Assembly (NCBI GenBank): GCA_043799675.1
Contig: JAZDNN010000040.1
Location: 1 to 52,751, forward strand
Length of the DNA stretch: 52,751 nt
Source of the DNA: Candidatus Aenigmatarchaeota archaeon
GTDB taxonomy: Archaea > Aenigmatarchaeota > Aenigmatarchaeia > Aenigmatarchaeales > JACQIB01
Direction: 5' to 3'
Below the pieces are notes generated by a model. The model did not search any database. It was not told the origin of the DNA and saw nothing but the letters and a program-made list of their open reading frames with translations. The position numbers and the translations under genes were made by a program. Within the stretch, counting starts at the first letter, position 1; every line of letters starts with the position of its first letter. Positions 37,178-46,857 of the stretch are shown here, in pieces.

Positions 37178-37462
37178 TTACCTGCAGCTTGTTTCGGTTT
37201 TTCCCTCGGCACTTTGGACGTAACATTTCTGGCTGTAGAGCATGCCGAAGCAAAGGTAGTCGCAGCCGTAATCCATGATCTGCTCGGGGCAGTAATCGTA
37301 TCTGATTCCGGCGCAATCGAATTCCTCACGATAGGCCGTTGCATCGGCGGCTACAAATCCTCTCAGACCGCCAACGACCCTCGCCTTCGGATAAAAGATT
37401 GCAATCAATGCGCCGATGACAACAAGTATGACGACAATGGCAAGCAGTTTTTTCTTTTCCAC
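37178..37462 (-). CDS. Small membrane-anchored Cys-rich protein (6 Cys)
   Basis: KKK plus TM helix then a Cys-rich domain. Confidence 0.65.
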   Translation of the reverse strand: MEKKKLLAIVVILVVIGALIAIFYPKARVVGGLRGFVAADATAYREEFDCAGIRYDYCPEQIMDYGCDYLCFGMLYSQKCYVQSAEGKTETSCR

Positions 37463-37466
37463 GCAA

Positions 37467-38243
37467 TCATCCGATGTACTTCAGGTCGTCCGCCTTCTTG
37501 GGCTTCTGCATCTGTTCCATCGCCTGCTGCTGGATGTCGTTGATTTTCTTGATGAACTCGTGCATCTCGTCGACCTTCTGCTTGAGCTTGCTAAGGTCCA
37601 CCTTTATTCCCAGTATCTTCTGCATCACTTCCAGCACAGCTTCCGCGGAGGTGGGGTCGGTCACTATCGGGAATCCGCTCGTCTCTCCGAGAATCGTGTA
37701 GCTCTTCAGCCCGCGGATGTGGCCTATTCCTACGAGCAGGCCTGCCGCCCCGACTATCGTTCCTATCTGCCCGCTTACCTTGAGTTCCACGCCGTGCTTG
37801 GCGAGCTCTTTCGCCTGGTCGTCAGTGGTCACGACACCGAACACCCTGGGCTTGTCTGCCACCCTTCCGGTGCTGAAGCCGCCGATGGTGATTATTTCCC
37901 TGGCGCCGAGGCTTTTGATGAAGTCCACTATCTTTCCCGCTATCTCATAGTGCCCCTTCGGGTCGTACGTCTGGCTGTCCCCTATCACAAGGATGAGGTC
38001 GTTTCCCTTCGGGTTCTTCCAGTAGAAGAATTCGTTCCGCAGCTGGTGTATCTTGTCGTCATGCACTATCACGAACGGGAAGAAGTAAGGCGAATACAGC
38101 TCGGCGAACTTCTTCGCCTTCAGCTGGTGGACCAGGTAATCCACGGCAATCCTTCCGATGTGCCCGATGCCCGGAAGGCCTACAAGCGCAACCGCGTTCT
38201 TCAGCTTCGGCCTTTCCTCGATGATTATTTCGCTCTCTTTCAT
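37467..38243 (-). CDS. Proteasome assembly chaperone family protein (PAC2)
   Basis: GLPGIGHIG, GDSQ, IITIGG, IVGAAGLL, GETSG...DP; conserved position after nop10. Confidence 0.9.
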   Translation of the reverse strand: MKESEIIIEERPKLKNAVALVGLPGIGHIGRIAVDYLVHQLKAKKFAELYSPYFFPFVIVHDDKIHQLRNEFFYWKNPKGNDLILVIGDSQTYDPKGHYEIAGKIVDFIKSLGAREIITIGGFSTGRVADKPRVFGVVTTDDQAKELAKHGVELKVSGQIGTIVGAAGLLVGIGHIRGLKSYTILGETSGFPIVTDPTSAEAVLEVMQKILGIKVDLSKLKQKVDEMHEFIKKINDIQQQAMEQMQKPKKADDLKYIG

Positions 38244-38286
38244 TCCAATCAATCCAAGCTAGCCGGAACTTTGATATAAACCTATG

Positions 38287-38336
38287 CTCCCGAGAGAAAC
38301 CTAGGTTTCTTTCCTAAATTGGCTTCGCTATATCAA
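38287..38336 (-). repeat. Dispersed palindromic repeat, copy 2
   Basis: Reverse complement TTGATATAGCGAAGCCAATTTAGGAAAGAAACCTAGGTTTCTCTCGGGAG matches 19737-19800. Confidence 0.8.
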
Positions 38337-38350
38337 AATCAGTTCCCGTT

Positions 38351-38506
38351 TCATGCCCCTGCTTGTGCCATTCTCCTGTATTTTCCGAGCCGTTGTTCCT
38401 TGTCCGGCGAGAAGGCCGGAGGATGCGGAGAGATTGCCTTTTCGCCGCATACGTTGCACTTCTCGGAAAGCGTGTAGTGCCCTCTCGGGCATTTCAGCAT
38501 GTTCAT
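38351..38506 (-). CDS. nop10: H/ACA RNP protein Nop10 (51 aa, not in the ORF track)
   Basis: Manual translation MNMLKCPRGHYTLSEKCNVCGEKAISPHPPAFSPDKEQRLGKYRRMAQAGA*. Confidence 0.92.
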   Translation of the reverse strand: MNMLKCPRGHYTLSEKCNVCGEKAISPHPPAFSPDKEQRLGKYRRMAQAGA

Positions 38507-39003
38507 ACCTTCAATCCTCTCACTTCAAACCAGAAAAAGGCGAACAGCCCAAGGCCTGCAAGCACCGCCCAGAAGGTGCCCGAGTTTGCAAACGCGAACG
38601 AGAACTGCTGTCCTGCCGGCCACAACAGGTAAAGGGAATCCGCCCCGGTGTGATAGGTCAAATCCTCCAGCAGGTGCAGCAGCCCCCCGAGGGCTGCTGA
38701 AAGGTATATCGTAAGGATTGTGAATTTCTTCCATTTCATCTTCTTCCTGAAATGGAGAAGCCCGAGTGCAACAAGCGGTCCGACAACAATGAAAACGCCG
38801 AAGAACGAATGCAGCATGAAATGCGACGGATAGGCCGCCATGCAGGCAAAATCGGCACCGCATGCCGCCTGTGCCGCAGGAATGTAGTAAAGCCCTTCAA
38901 GGTCCGGCAGTGCCGATGCGACAAGAAGGGCCAAAACGTCCAGCCTTTTTCTTGCCGGAAGTGCCAGAAGGTAGTTCGCGAACATGTGGACGAGCGTGAA
39001 CAA
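38503..39003 (-). CDS. Membrane-bound metal-dependent hydrolase-like protein (DUF4184/YdjM-like)
   Basis: N-terminal His, ALPDLE, LHSFFG, LLHLLED..H motifs in TM helices. Confidence 0.7.
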   Translation of the reverse strand: MFTLVHMFANYLLALPARKRLDVLALLVASALPDLEGLYYIPAAQAACGADFACMAAYPSHFMLHSFFGVFIVVGPLVALGLLHFRKKMKWKKFTILTIYLSAALGGLLHLLEDLTYHTGADSLYLLWPAGQQFSFAFANSGTFWAVLAGLGLFAFFWFEVRGLKV

Positions 39004-39783
39004 TCAATCAATCCTTGTGAACGACCCTTCGCCGCCCGCCGCCTTGACGGCCGCTACTGCGGCATCCGCGGTCTCCTGCAGCTTCTTTTCGCCTTTCTTC
39101 GCATCCTTGGTGTTGAGGGAAAGGATGTACTTCGGCGCCGAGATGTAGCGCACGTCGCAGCCCTTCTCCCTGGCTTTCACAAGCGCTTCCCTGACTATAT
39201 CGACCCCGTTCGGCGCATTGGAGCTTATCTGCAGGGCGCCCTTGAGTTCGACTTCCTTGATTATGATGGTCTTATCGGCCACTATCTGGAGGGCGGCTAT
39301 CCACTTCTTGTCCAGTCCCTTCTTTTCCAGCAGCTCCCTGCCCGACGGGCTCATGGACGATTCGAAGCCCTTCCACAGTTCCCCGAAGGATTCCTGCAGC
39401 TTGAACCCCGCCTGCTTGTATGCTTCGGTCAGGCTGACGTTCATCTCGCGCGCGGCCTGTTCGAGCATCTTCTCGGCCCGCTGCTCCCTCCTTACCTCCT
39501 TGAGCTTGCCGGCCGCTTCATTATCACTCACCCTCTTGAGGCTCAATGCCACGTGTCCCTTGTCCGCCTCGACCCGCATGACCCTTGCAACGACCTGCTG
39601 CCCTTCCTTCACGAAGTCGCGGATGTCCTTTATCCACTTCCTTGCCACCTCGGAGATGTGGACCATTCCCTCAACGCCCGGGTACTCCTCCAGCGCCACC
39701 AGGGCCGAGAACGGATTGACCCTTGCGACCCTCCCCAGCACCAGCTCTCCCGGCTCCGGAAACTTCGCGGAATGCTTTACCAT
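39004..39783 (-). CDS. eif2a: Translation initiation factor aIF2 alpha
   Basis: S1 domain GMVHISEVARKWIKDI, LSLKRV, YISAPKY. Confidence 0.95.
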   Translation of the reverse strand: MVKHSAKFPEPGELVLGRVARVNPFSALVALEEYPGVEGMVHISEVARKWIKDIRDFVKEGQQVVARVMRVEADKGHVALSLKRVSDNEAAGKLKEVRREQRAEKMLEQAAREMNVSLTEAYKQAGFKLQESFGELWKGFESSMSPSGRELLEKKGLDKKWIAALQIVADKTIIIKEVELKGALQISSNAPNGVDIVREALVKAREKGCDVRYISAPKYILSLNTKDAKKGEKKLQETADAAVAAVKAAGGEGSFTRID

Positions 39784-39848
39784 TCTTCAAGGAAGCGTCC
39801 AAGAGTTTAAAAAGTAGGATTCTTATCCTTGGCCGGACAAACGGGCAT

Positions 39849-40421
39849 GTGGCAGCCAACGACATCGAGGTCGAGATAAAGCTGGCTTTGGATGAGAAGA
39901 GCTTTGCTAGAATCAGGGAGCAGCTGCAAAAAACAGCGAAGTTCCTCAGGAGCACAAGCCACATGGACGAATACTACACTCCTGCTCACAGGAATTTCGT
40001 GTCACCCAAGTACCCGTTCGAGTGGCTCAGCATACGGAAAAGGGGGGAAAGGACCATTCTGAATTACAAGCACTTCCTTCCCGAGGACGCGGAAGTGCAT
40101 ACCCATTGCGACGAGTTCGAGACCGAGGTGGGGAAGGCCGACAAGCTGGAAAAGATGTTCTCGAGCCTCAATTTCAGGAAGCTGGCGACCATCGACAAGC
40201 AGAGGGAGACCTATGATTTGGACGGCGAGTTCGAGGTGGCTCTGGACACCGTGAAGGAGCTCGGTCATTTCATCGAAATTGAGGCCATGAAGGACTTCGG
40301 GGGCATAGTTGCCACAAGGGCCAGGCTGTTCGCCCTTGCCAGGCTTTTTGGTCTTGACCCCGCAAACGAGGACATGCGCGGCTATCCCTTCCTTCTCATG
40401 AGGAAGAAGGGCTTGCTATAG
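39849..40421 (+). CDS. cyaB: CYTH-domain protein (class IV adenylate cyclase CyaB-like)
   Basis: IEVEIK, DEYY, K.R..Y, ALDTVKELGHFIEIE, RGY; GTG start at 39849. Confidence 0.88.
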   Translation: MAANDIEVEIKLALDEKSFARIREQLQKTAKFLRSTSHMDEYYTPAHRNFVSPKYPFEWLSIRKRGERTILNYKHFLPEDAEVHTHCDEFETEVGKADKLEKMFSSLNFRKLATIDKQRETYDLDGEFEVALDTVKELGHFIEIEAMKDFGGIVATRARLFALARLFGLDPANEDMRGYPFLLMRKKGLL

Positions 40422-40441
40422 CGCTCCCGCTGGGCTGCGGA

Positions 40442-40461
40442 ATAAAAAAGAAGTGAAAAAA
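40442..40461 (-). terminator. T-rich terminator downstream of the pilin gene
   Basis: Two oligo-T tracts on the minus strand just after the pilin stop. Confidence 0.45.
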
Positions 40462-40474
40462 TTTAATTTGAACC

Positions 40475-40927
40475 TTAGCTCCGCTGTCCGGAGACGGTTC
40501 CTGTACTTGATAACGACTGTCCAGCCTTCGTGTAGGTTACGATAACGGTCGGTGTGTACATCGCGCCTGCGATGTCTGCTTCACCGGTGCAGGTTAGCCA
40601 TGTTCTTCCCGCCATGGGAACTGTATATACACCCGTGCTCGATATTAAACCTGTGCAGTTTGTCTGAACCCCGGTGCTGTAGGTAACCGATACGGCGTTG
40701 ATGGTTACTGCATCACCCGCACGGTTCTCAATATACAACCTCAAGGTGCCTGAAGCTGCACTGTAGTCCTGGTCAATCACAGCTATGCTGCCGAAGCCCG
40801 AGGTGGTCTTGCTTATCGGGGGCTTGAACACGCCGTAGTAAACCAACACTGCGCCTACGACTATCACTATCAGGATAGCCCAGCCGTAAGTCATCAAGTA
40901 TTCCATTGCTGATTGGCCTTTTCGCAT
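40475..40927 (-). CDS. Type IV pilin (class III signal peptide), probable major pilin
   Basis: MRKG|QSAMEYLMTYGWAILIV; TATA-like TTTATATA upstream; less GC-rich codon usage. Confidence 0.88.
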   Translation of the reverse strand: MRKGQSAMEYLMTYGWAILIVIVVGAVLVYYGVFKPPISKTTSGFGSIAVIDQDYSAASGTLRLYIENRAGDAVTINAVSVTYSTGVQTNCTGLISSTGVYTVPMAGRTWLTCTGEADIAGAMYTPTVIVTYTKAGQSLSSTGTVSGQRS

Positions 40928-40972
40928 GTTTGATTCCTTACGCAAATCATGCAGAAGCCGATATATAAAGTT

Positions 40973-41977
40973 TTATACGAAGCTGAGTAGGCTGCTTACG
41001 GCGACCCTTGCGACGAAGAATATCCCCAGTGCCGTTGCCATGAACAGGGGTACGTACTTTATGCCCCTTCTTTCCTCCCCGTTCTGTATCAGGCTGATTA
41101 TCAGCGCCCCGAAGAACGTGGTCAGGCTTATGGCCGCTATGGCGAAGTAGAGCAGCTCATCTTCGGTCAGTGCCGGGGCGGTGTTCTTTATCATGCCGAA
41201 GCTGCTTGCCATGCCGCTTCCCTCCAGGGTAGGCGCGGAGCTCATCATCGAAGTCGAACCCGACATGCTGCTTATTGCGCTTACGAACTGTATGCTTATT
41301 GCGAACAGCAGCGGCGCCCCGAACACCGCCGCGAAAAGTATGAGTATGGTGTACATCACCACGGCCGCCTTTATCTCCTTCCTCATGGCATGGGCCGTCC
41401 GTATGTTCGCCGACGTCTCTTCCAGTAAATGTGCTATCTCACCCCCCGCTTCCATTCCTTCGACCAGCAGCTTGACCGCCCTGTCCAGCATGTCCGACCG
41501 TATGTGGTCGGACATCTCGAACAGCGCCTTGCCCAAAGGAGTGCCGCCGATGGTCTTGGTCCCGACCCTCCTCACCTCGTCCTCAAGGATGCCGAATTCG
41601 GGCCTTGCCGACAGCCAGATGGCCTGGTCCACCGTCACTCCCGCCCGTATATTAGATGCTATCAGCTGCAGACAGTCCGGAAGCACCGCGTCTATGTTGC
41701 GGCTCCGCGCATCGCCTATCAGCGCAATCCCCGTCTGAAGGCCTATCAGCGCAATCACCCCGCCTACGAACCCGCCGATCGCGGCAAGCAGCAGCCCGAG
41801 TTCGAACACGTACATCAGGGCGAACGTCACAATGCCTATCCCGATGGAGAACACCATCAGGAACCCTATCAGCCTGATTATCTTGCGCTCGTCGAACCCC
41901 GCAAACTTGAACGAATCATACAGGCCCTTCCTGTAGCCGGCCGGAAGGTGGGCTGCTATGCTTTCATACAGTCTCAT
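40973..41977 (-). CDS. Type IV pilus membrane platform protein (T2SSF/TadC-like)
   Basis: LPDCLQLIASNIRAG, EFGIL, GGEIAHLL; multiple TM helices. Confidence 0.88.
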   Translation of the reverse strand: MRLYESIAAHLPAGYRKGLYDSFKFAGFDERKIIRLIGFLMVFSIGIGIVTFALMYVFELGLLLAAIGGFVGGVIALIGLQTGIALIGDARSRNIDAVLPDCLQLIASNIRAGVTVDQAIWLSARPEFGILEDEVRRVGTKTIGGTPLGKALFEMSDHIRSDMLDRAVKLLVEGMEAGGEIAHLLEETSANIRTAHAMRKEIKAAVVMYTILILFAAVFGAPLLFAISIQFVSAISSMSGSTSMMSSAPTLEGSGMASSFGMIKNTAPALTEDELLYFAIAAISLTTFFGALIISLIQNGEERRGIKYVPLFMATALGIFFVARVAVSSLLSFV

Positions 41978-41979
41978 GT

Positions 41980-42975
41980 TTACACCATCCCGACGGGTCT
42001 TCTTACCTTTATCATTCCCATGAAGAACACCTGAAACATCGCCAGTCCGAACAGTATCAGCGGGAACAGTAATTTCGGTATCGCTATCCCCGAGAACGAC
42101 GAGAGGATTATCAGGAACGTTATTCCGAGGCTGGGCATTATGACCGCTATCAGCATGTATATCATGATGTACGGGTTGAGTTCCTGTCCGTACTTGTGGA
42201 CGGCTATCATCTGCTCGTTGACAAGGTTGTTGACCACCGCCTCAAGGGCGGTTGCCACGCTGCTCCCCGACCTCAGCGCGTCGACAATCTGCCACAGCGA
42301 CCGCCTGAAATGCAGCGAGGTGTTCCTTCTGGATGCGTTGTCCATCGCCACGTTCTCGGGCATCCCCGAGTTGATGTCGTTCACTACCCTTCTGAACTCG
42401 TTCGATATCTCCCCGTATCCCTCGCTCACCGCCACCAGTGCGTTGAACAGCGGGACGCCGGACTTTATCTCTATTAGCATGTGGTGCAGCGCGGTCAGCA
42501 TCTGCCTCTCCAGCTCGCGGACGTGCCTGGTCACAACCAGGGACGGCCACTTCATCAGGTAGAAGAACACGAACCCGCCGAACGCGAACGCCACCCCGAC
42601 CGGCAATATCAGGTCTATGGGCTTGAACACCATGCCGGCGGTCTGCATCACGTTCATGGAGAATGAGCTGAAGAACGCGTCAATCGAGGAGAACTGCACC
42701 TGTGTGAACGAACTGATCAGCATGTCGATGTCGCTCTGCGGATGACCGACGAATACGTTTAACACGCCTATCACCACGCCGAACAGCACGAAATACATCA
42801 TCGTCGCGAATATCGCTATGGCCGTCCATTCCCTTGGACTGGCGTCTATGTTGGACTGGAACAGGTTCATCTTCAGGCCCGGAACGGTCTTCTCGAACTT
42901 TCCGCCGAGCCCTAGGAGCCACCGTGTCTTTTCCTTCGCCTTGTCCAACCGGAAAGGCAGGAATGGTATCACCAT
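41980..42975 (-). CDS. Type IV pilus membrane platform protein (T2SSF/TadB/C-like)
   Basis: IKSGVPLFNAL, YGEISNEF, FRRSLWQI, VIMPSLGIT. Confidence 0.88.
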   Translation of the reverse strand: MVIPFLPFRLDKAKEKTRWLLGLGGKFEKTVPGLKMNLFQSNIDASPREWTAIAIFATMMYFVLFGVVIGVLNVFVGHPQSDIDMLISSFTQVQFSSIDAFFSSFSMNVMQTAGMVFKPIDLILPVGVAFAFGGFVFFYLMKWPSLVVTRHVRELERQMLTALHHMLIEIKSGVPLFNALVAVSEGYGEISNEFRRVVNDINSGMPENVAMDNASRRNTSLHFRRSLWQIVDALRSGSSVATALEAVVNNLVNEQMIAVHKYGQELNPYIMIYMLIAVIMPSLGITFLIILSSFSGIAIPKLLFPLILFGLAMFQVFFMGMIKVRRPVGMV

Positions 42976-42977
42976 TT

Positions 42978-44522
42978 CTATCCCTGCCGCAGCTCATGCA
43001 TGATTTTCTGCCCGAGAAGCAGTTCCGGATTCTTCTTTCCGTTGATTATTTTCATGACGTTGCTCGAATCGTTGTAGTATTCGGCGACCATCTTGCCCAC
43101 CGCGCCGACGGAATCCAGCCTGTTGGCGACCGCCCACTTGAGTATGCTCTCCTTTTCCTTCAGGTCCTTTGCCATCTCCTTCTCTGTCATTCCGGTGTGC
43201 ATCTGTATCTCGTTCGTGATGCGCGTGCTCTTCTTTATTTTTTCAACTATGTCGGTCTGGGGTTTCCACTTGTAGAGCACGTCCATCTTCACTCTGGTCT
43301 GCCCGTTCTGTTCGTACGGTATGACCTCGGCCAGCTGGTACGTCCTTCTGATTCCCAGCCTCCTGTGCCTGAACTGCACCAGCACCACGTGGAGCGATTC
43401 GAGCATGCTTTCCGGCAGGCTGATGGGCGGGTTGGTCAGCCGTCCCAGCACCTGTTCCGCCCTGTCGGCGTGGATGGTGCTGTACACGGAGTGTCCGGTG
43501 TTCATGGCTTCGAAAAGCACTTCCGCCTCGTATTGCCGCCTGACCTCTCCGAGGACCACCCTGTCAGGCCTCATTCGCAGCGAGTTGATGAGGAGGTGGA
43601 GCATGGTCACTTCGCCCTTGTTCTCTATGCTGGGTTCCCGTGTGACCAGCGGTATCCAGTGCAGGTATTCGGGGAGCCTTAACTCCCGTGTATCCTCTAT
43701 TGAGATTACCCTCTGGTTCGGCGGAATGAACGGCATCAGCGCATTGAGCATGGATGTCTTGCCGCTCGCCGTGCCGCCGGCAATCAGGACATTGAGTTCA
43801 TACTGCACGCACAGCCAGAGCAGTGCCCCTATGTCCATCGAGGTGGTCTTCTCGGTCGGTCCGATGAAGTTCACTATCGTCCACGGCTCGCGCCTGAACT
43901 TTCGGATGGTTATGGTGTTGCCGTTCGAGGATATGGGAAACAGCGTGGCGTTGACTCGGTCCCCTGTCGGAAGCTGGGCGTCCATCAGCGGATTGAGGGT
44001 GGTTATCTGCCTTCCGACCTTCCTTCCGATTATTGCGGAATAGTTGCTTATCTGCGCCTCGTTCTGCAGGAACACGTTGGTCCGCAGCCAGCCGAACTTC
44101 TTGTGGTAGACCCAGAGCGGGTCGACCGAGTTGTTGATCACCACCTCTTCCAGGTTGTCGTCATGAAGCAGTATCTCTATCTTCCCGAGCCCGAGCATCT
44201 CGTGCAGCAGGTAGCCCGCCAGCGCGTCCCTCTCGGCGTCCGCCAGGTCCGGCATCTCATTTGAGACATAGAACAGTGCCGTCTCGAAAAAACGCGCCCT
44301 GATGTCGTCCGCGGCCCTGGGGTCCAGGATTTCGGTTATCTTGAGCTTTATCGTTTCCACCATCTTTTCCCGGATGGATGTCAGGATTGCCTCGGTGGCG
44401 GGCGTGATGCTCGGGAATGAGACGGAATAAATCGGCGTGTACGCCTCGGGCTTCCTTGCTATGGTTATGGTGGCAGGGACCTTGTCCGCCACTATCTTGT
44501 ATTGGGCTAGTTCGGCGGGCAA
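42978..44522 (-). CDS. Type IV pilus assembly ATPase (CpaF/VirB11 family)
   Basis: Walker A GGTASGKTS, IEDTREL, LRMRPDRVVLGEVR, NTGH..STIHA. Confidence 0.95.
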   Translation of the reverse strand: MPAELAQYKIVADKVPATITIARKPEAYTPIYSVSFPSITPATEAILTSIREKMVETIKLKITEILDPRAADDIRARFFETALFYVSNEMPDLADAERDALAGYLLHEMLGLGKIEILLHDDNLEEVVINNSVDPLWVYHKKFGWLRTNVFLQNEAQISNYSAIIGRKVGRQITTLNPLMDAQLPTGDRVNATLFPISSNGNTITIRKFRREPWTIVNFIGPTEKTTSMDIGALLWLCVQYELNVLIAGGTASGKTSMLNALMPFIPPNQRVISIEDTRELRLPEYLHWIPLVTREPSIENKGEVTMLHLLINSLRMRPDRVVLGEVRRQYEAEVLFEAMNTGHSVYSTIHADRAEQVLGRLTNPPISLPESMLESLHVVLVQFRHRRLGIRRTYQLAEVIPYEQNGQTRVKMDVLYKWKPQTDIVEKIKKSTRITNEIQMHTGMTEKEMAKDLKEKESILKWAVANRLDSVGAVGKMVAEYYNDSSNVMKIINGKKNPELLLGQKIMHELRQG

Positions 44523-45533
44523 CTATTTCCCCTTCTTTTTTGCCTGAAGCTTCCCTGGTTTCTTGTTCGGTTTCTTCTTGAGTATGATTATTTTCTCCGG
44601 TTTTGGCGGCTTATTGATGTCTGCTTTGTGTCTCTTGACCTTCGTCTTCTTCGGTTTTCCGGCTTTCCCGGGTTTTGGCGGTTTTGCCAGCTTGTTGATG
44701 CCCGTCTTGTGAAGTTCCTTGGCCTTCTCCTTCACTTTCTCCTTTTCAGTGTCCGCCTGCTTCAGGTTCTTGTGGCCGCCGTGGAGGGCCCTTATCAGTC
44801 CGCCGAAAATCGGGATGTTGATAGGGTGCTTTGCCAGCGCGGACACCAGCCTGATTTCCTTGTCGAGCAGGGCAATTTCATACTCGATGTTCTTCTTCTC
44901 CCCCTCGAGGCTGCGTATGTTTCCGCCGTGCTGCTCGCATGCCGCGAGCGCCCTGTTTATTCCGGCATCCATCTTGTCGACCGTGTCTTGCATGACCATG
45001 ATGTCGCCTGAAAGCGCCTTCGATTGCGACTCCAGCTGGGTGGTCTTCTCGGCGACGTGCTTTCCCATTTCCTGCCAGCGGGCCATGTCTGCGTCCGTCG
45101 ATCTCTTCAGCTCGCCGAGCCCTTTCATTTCGTTCATCCGTTTCTGCGCGTCCGCCAGCTTTTCCCTGAGTTCCTTGTCGAGTTTCTTGAAGTCCACGTC
45201 CGTCATCCGGACCTCCAGCTTGACCTCCGCGGTCTTTTTCACAAGCTGCTCCGTTCGGGCCTTCAGCTGCTCCTTGCGGTCCCCGAACTCCCTGACCTTC
45301 CTGTCGACCGGTATGGTGGCCAGCTCTATTCGCGGGTCCCCGACGAACGGATACACTATCTTGACCAGCCCGTGCTCCTCAAGCACCTTGGCCCAGTCCT
45401 CAATCTGGCTGGCCTTGATTCCGAGCCTTTTCGAGGCGTCCTTCATGCTTACTTTTCCCTTCTGCGCGATGAGATTGACTAGCTTGTCCACGTCGGTTTC
45501 TATCAGAAGTTGTCTCAGTCCTTGGTTTTCCAT
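44523..45533 (-). CDS. Protein with N-terminal wHTH-like domain, coiled coil and Lys/Pro-rich tail
   Basis: ETDVDKL...IEDWAKVLEEHGLV; heptad-rich middle; KPPKP tail. Confidence 0.7.
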   Translation of the reverse strand: MENQGLRQLLIETDVDKLVNLIAQKGKVSMKDASKRLGIKASQIEDWAKVLEEHGLVKIVYPFVGDPRIELATIPVDRKVREFGDRKEQLKARTEQLVKKTAEVKLEVRMTDVDFKKLDKELREKLADAQKRMNEMKGLGELKRSTDADMARWQEMGKHVAEKTTQLESQSKALSGDIMVMQDTVDKMDAGINRALAACEQHGGNIRSLEGEKKNIEYEIALLDKEIRLVSALAKHPINIPIFGGLIRALHGGHKNLKQADTEKEKVKEKAKELHKTGINKLAKPPKPGKAGKPKKTKVKRHKADINKPPKPEKIIILKKKPNKKPGKLQAKKKGK

Positions 45534-46414
45534 ACGCTCAGTCCTATTGCCGTCACTTTCCTGCCGAATGGGCTGGTGACGTTCAGCCGCGCCATGAAAT
45601 TGGTATAGAACGAGGCGGTATTTAAAACAATCTTTGTGTTAGTGTGGGCGGTCCCGGAAACGGTCTTCACGTTCAGCAGGTTCGGCAGCGGGCCCACCGT
45701 AACGTTCACCATGCGCGCGCTCCCGGGCTGGAGGTCTATTTCAACGGCGGTGATTTTGTCGGCATCCAGCCTGATTCCCGTGCTGTTCCACCTGTTGGTG
45801 CCGTCCGTCACCGTAAGGTTCAGCAGCAGACAGTGCGCGGTGCCCCCGGTGCAGATGTGGTCGCTCGGGTTCGATATGTTCGGTTGCCACCAGATGTTCA
45901 CCGGCAAGGCAAGCGTCTGCTTGGTCCTGATGTTGAGGTCTATCCTTTCGATGTTTGCGAAGTCGGCTGCGGTGACCCTTATCGTGCTCTGGTTCTTTTG
46001 CCAGTTGGGCCAGGTATAATTGACGCCGACGGGCGTAATCATCACGTTTGTCAGGGAGTTGCTGCCCAGTTCGACCTCGTTGCCGGAAGCGTCCTGGAAC
46101 CTGTTGGATATGCTGGCGTCGTTGCTGTAAATTTTGATGGCGTTTTGCCACAGGTCCAGGAGACCGCTGACGTTCTTTTCCGCGGGCAGGGTGTCGTTTA
46201 TTTCCGCCGTCCCGTAGCTCTTTGTGAACGAGACGTTGGCCATTTCCGCCACTCCGGATGCGACCGAAAGCCAGGAGCGCCACGTCCTCTCCGCCGCTAT
46301 CTGATCGTTGACTATGGTCGTCCTTTCTTTCGCGACGGTCACGAACGCGCTGAAATATGATATGAGACCCATGAATATCAGGAAGGTCGTGAGGGTGAAC
46401 ACGTATCCTTTCAT
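45515..46414 (-). CDS. Pilin-like protein (class III signal-like)
   Basis: MKG|YVFTL hydrophobic N-terminus; beta-rich, many N-x-S/T sequons. Confidence 0.7.
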   Translation of the reverse strand: MKGYVFTLTTFLIFMGLISYFSAFVTVAKERTTIVNDQIAAERTWRSWLSVASGVAEMANVSFTKSYGTAEINDTLPAEKNVSGLLDLWQNAIKIYSNDASISNRFQDASGNEVELGSNSLTNVMITPVGVNYTWPNWQKNQSTIRVTAADFANIERIDLNIRTKQTLALPVNIWWQPNISNPSDHICTGGTAHCLLLNLTVTDGTNRWNSTGIRLDADKITAVEIDLQPGSARMVNVTVGPLPNLLNVKTVSGTAHTNTKIVLNTASFYTNFMARLNVTSPFGRKVTAIGLSVWKTKD

Positions 46415-46415
46415 A

Positions 46416-46853
46416 TTATTTCCCCCTCAGGCTTACTATCATCTGAATCTTACCTACCTTTTCCCGCGTATAGTCGGCGAACATTCTTGTGATTTGCGTG
46501 TAGCTCCGCGTGGTGTTGCAGGTCAATCCGCCGTAGGAGGCGCTGTACACGTTGTTGACGGTCAGGTCCTTGTTAAACACGGTGATTCTCATTGATGCGC
46601 AGTAGGTTCCGGGAAGCGTGGCAAGATGGTTGTAAAGGTCCGGCCCTACCGTCGAGTTCGGCAGGCCGATGTAGTGGCCGAACGTATCGTTTGACTGCAT
46701 GACTGCCAGCAGGTCGTTGCCTGTGGATGCCATCTGCTGTTCGGTGAAGCTGCCGGTCGTCGACTCCGAAATCATGGTTGACAGGATGGATGCCATGGTC
46801 AGGGCGGTCATTGCCGCAATCATCGCGTCCATCGTAAGTATGAAACCGCGCAC
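46416..46853 (-). CDS. Pilin-like protein (class III signal-like)
   Basis: MRG|FILTMDAMIA N-terminus. Confidence 0.72.
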   Translation of the reverse strand: MRGFILTMDAMIAAMTALTMASILSTMISESTTGSFTEQQMASTGNDLLAVMQSNDTFGHYIGLPNSTVGPDLYNHLATLPGTYCASMRITVFNKDLTVNNVYSASYGGLTCNTTRSYTQITRMFADYTREKVGKIQMIVSLRGK

Positions 46854-46857
46854 GGCC

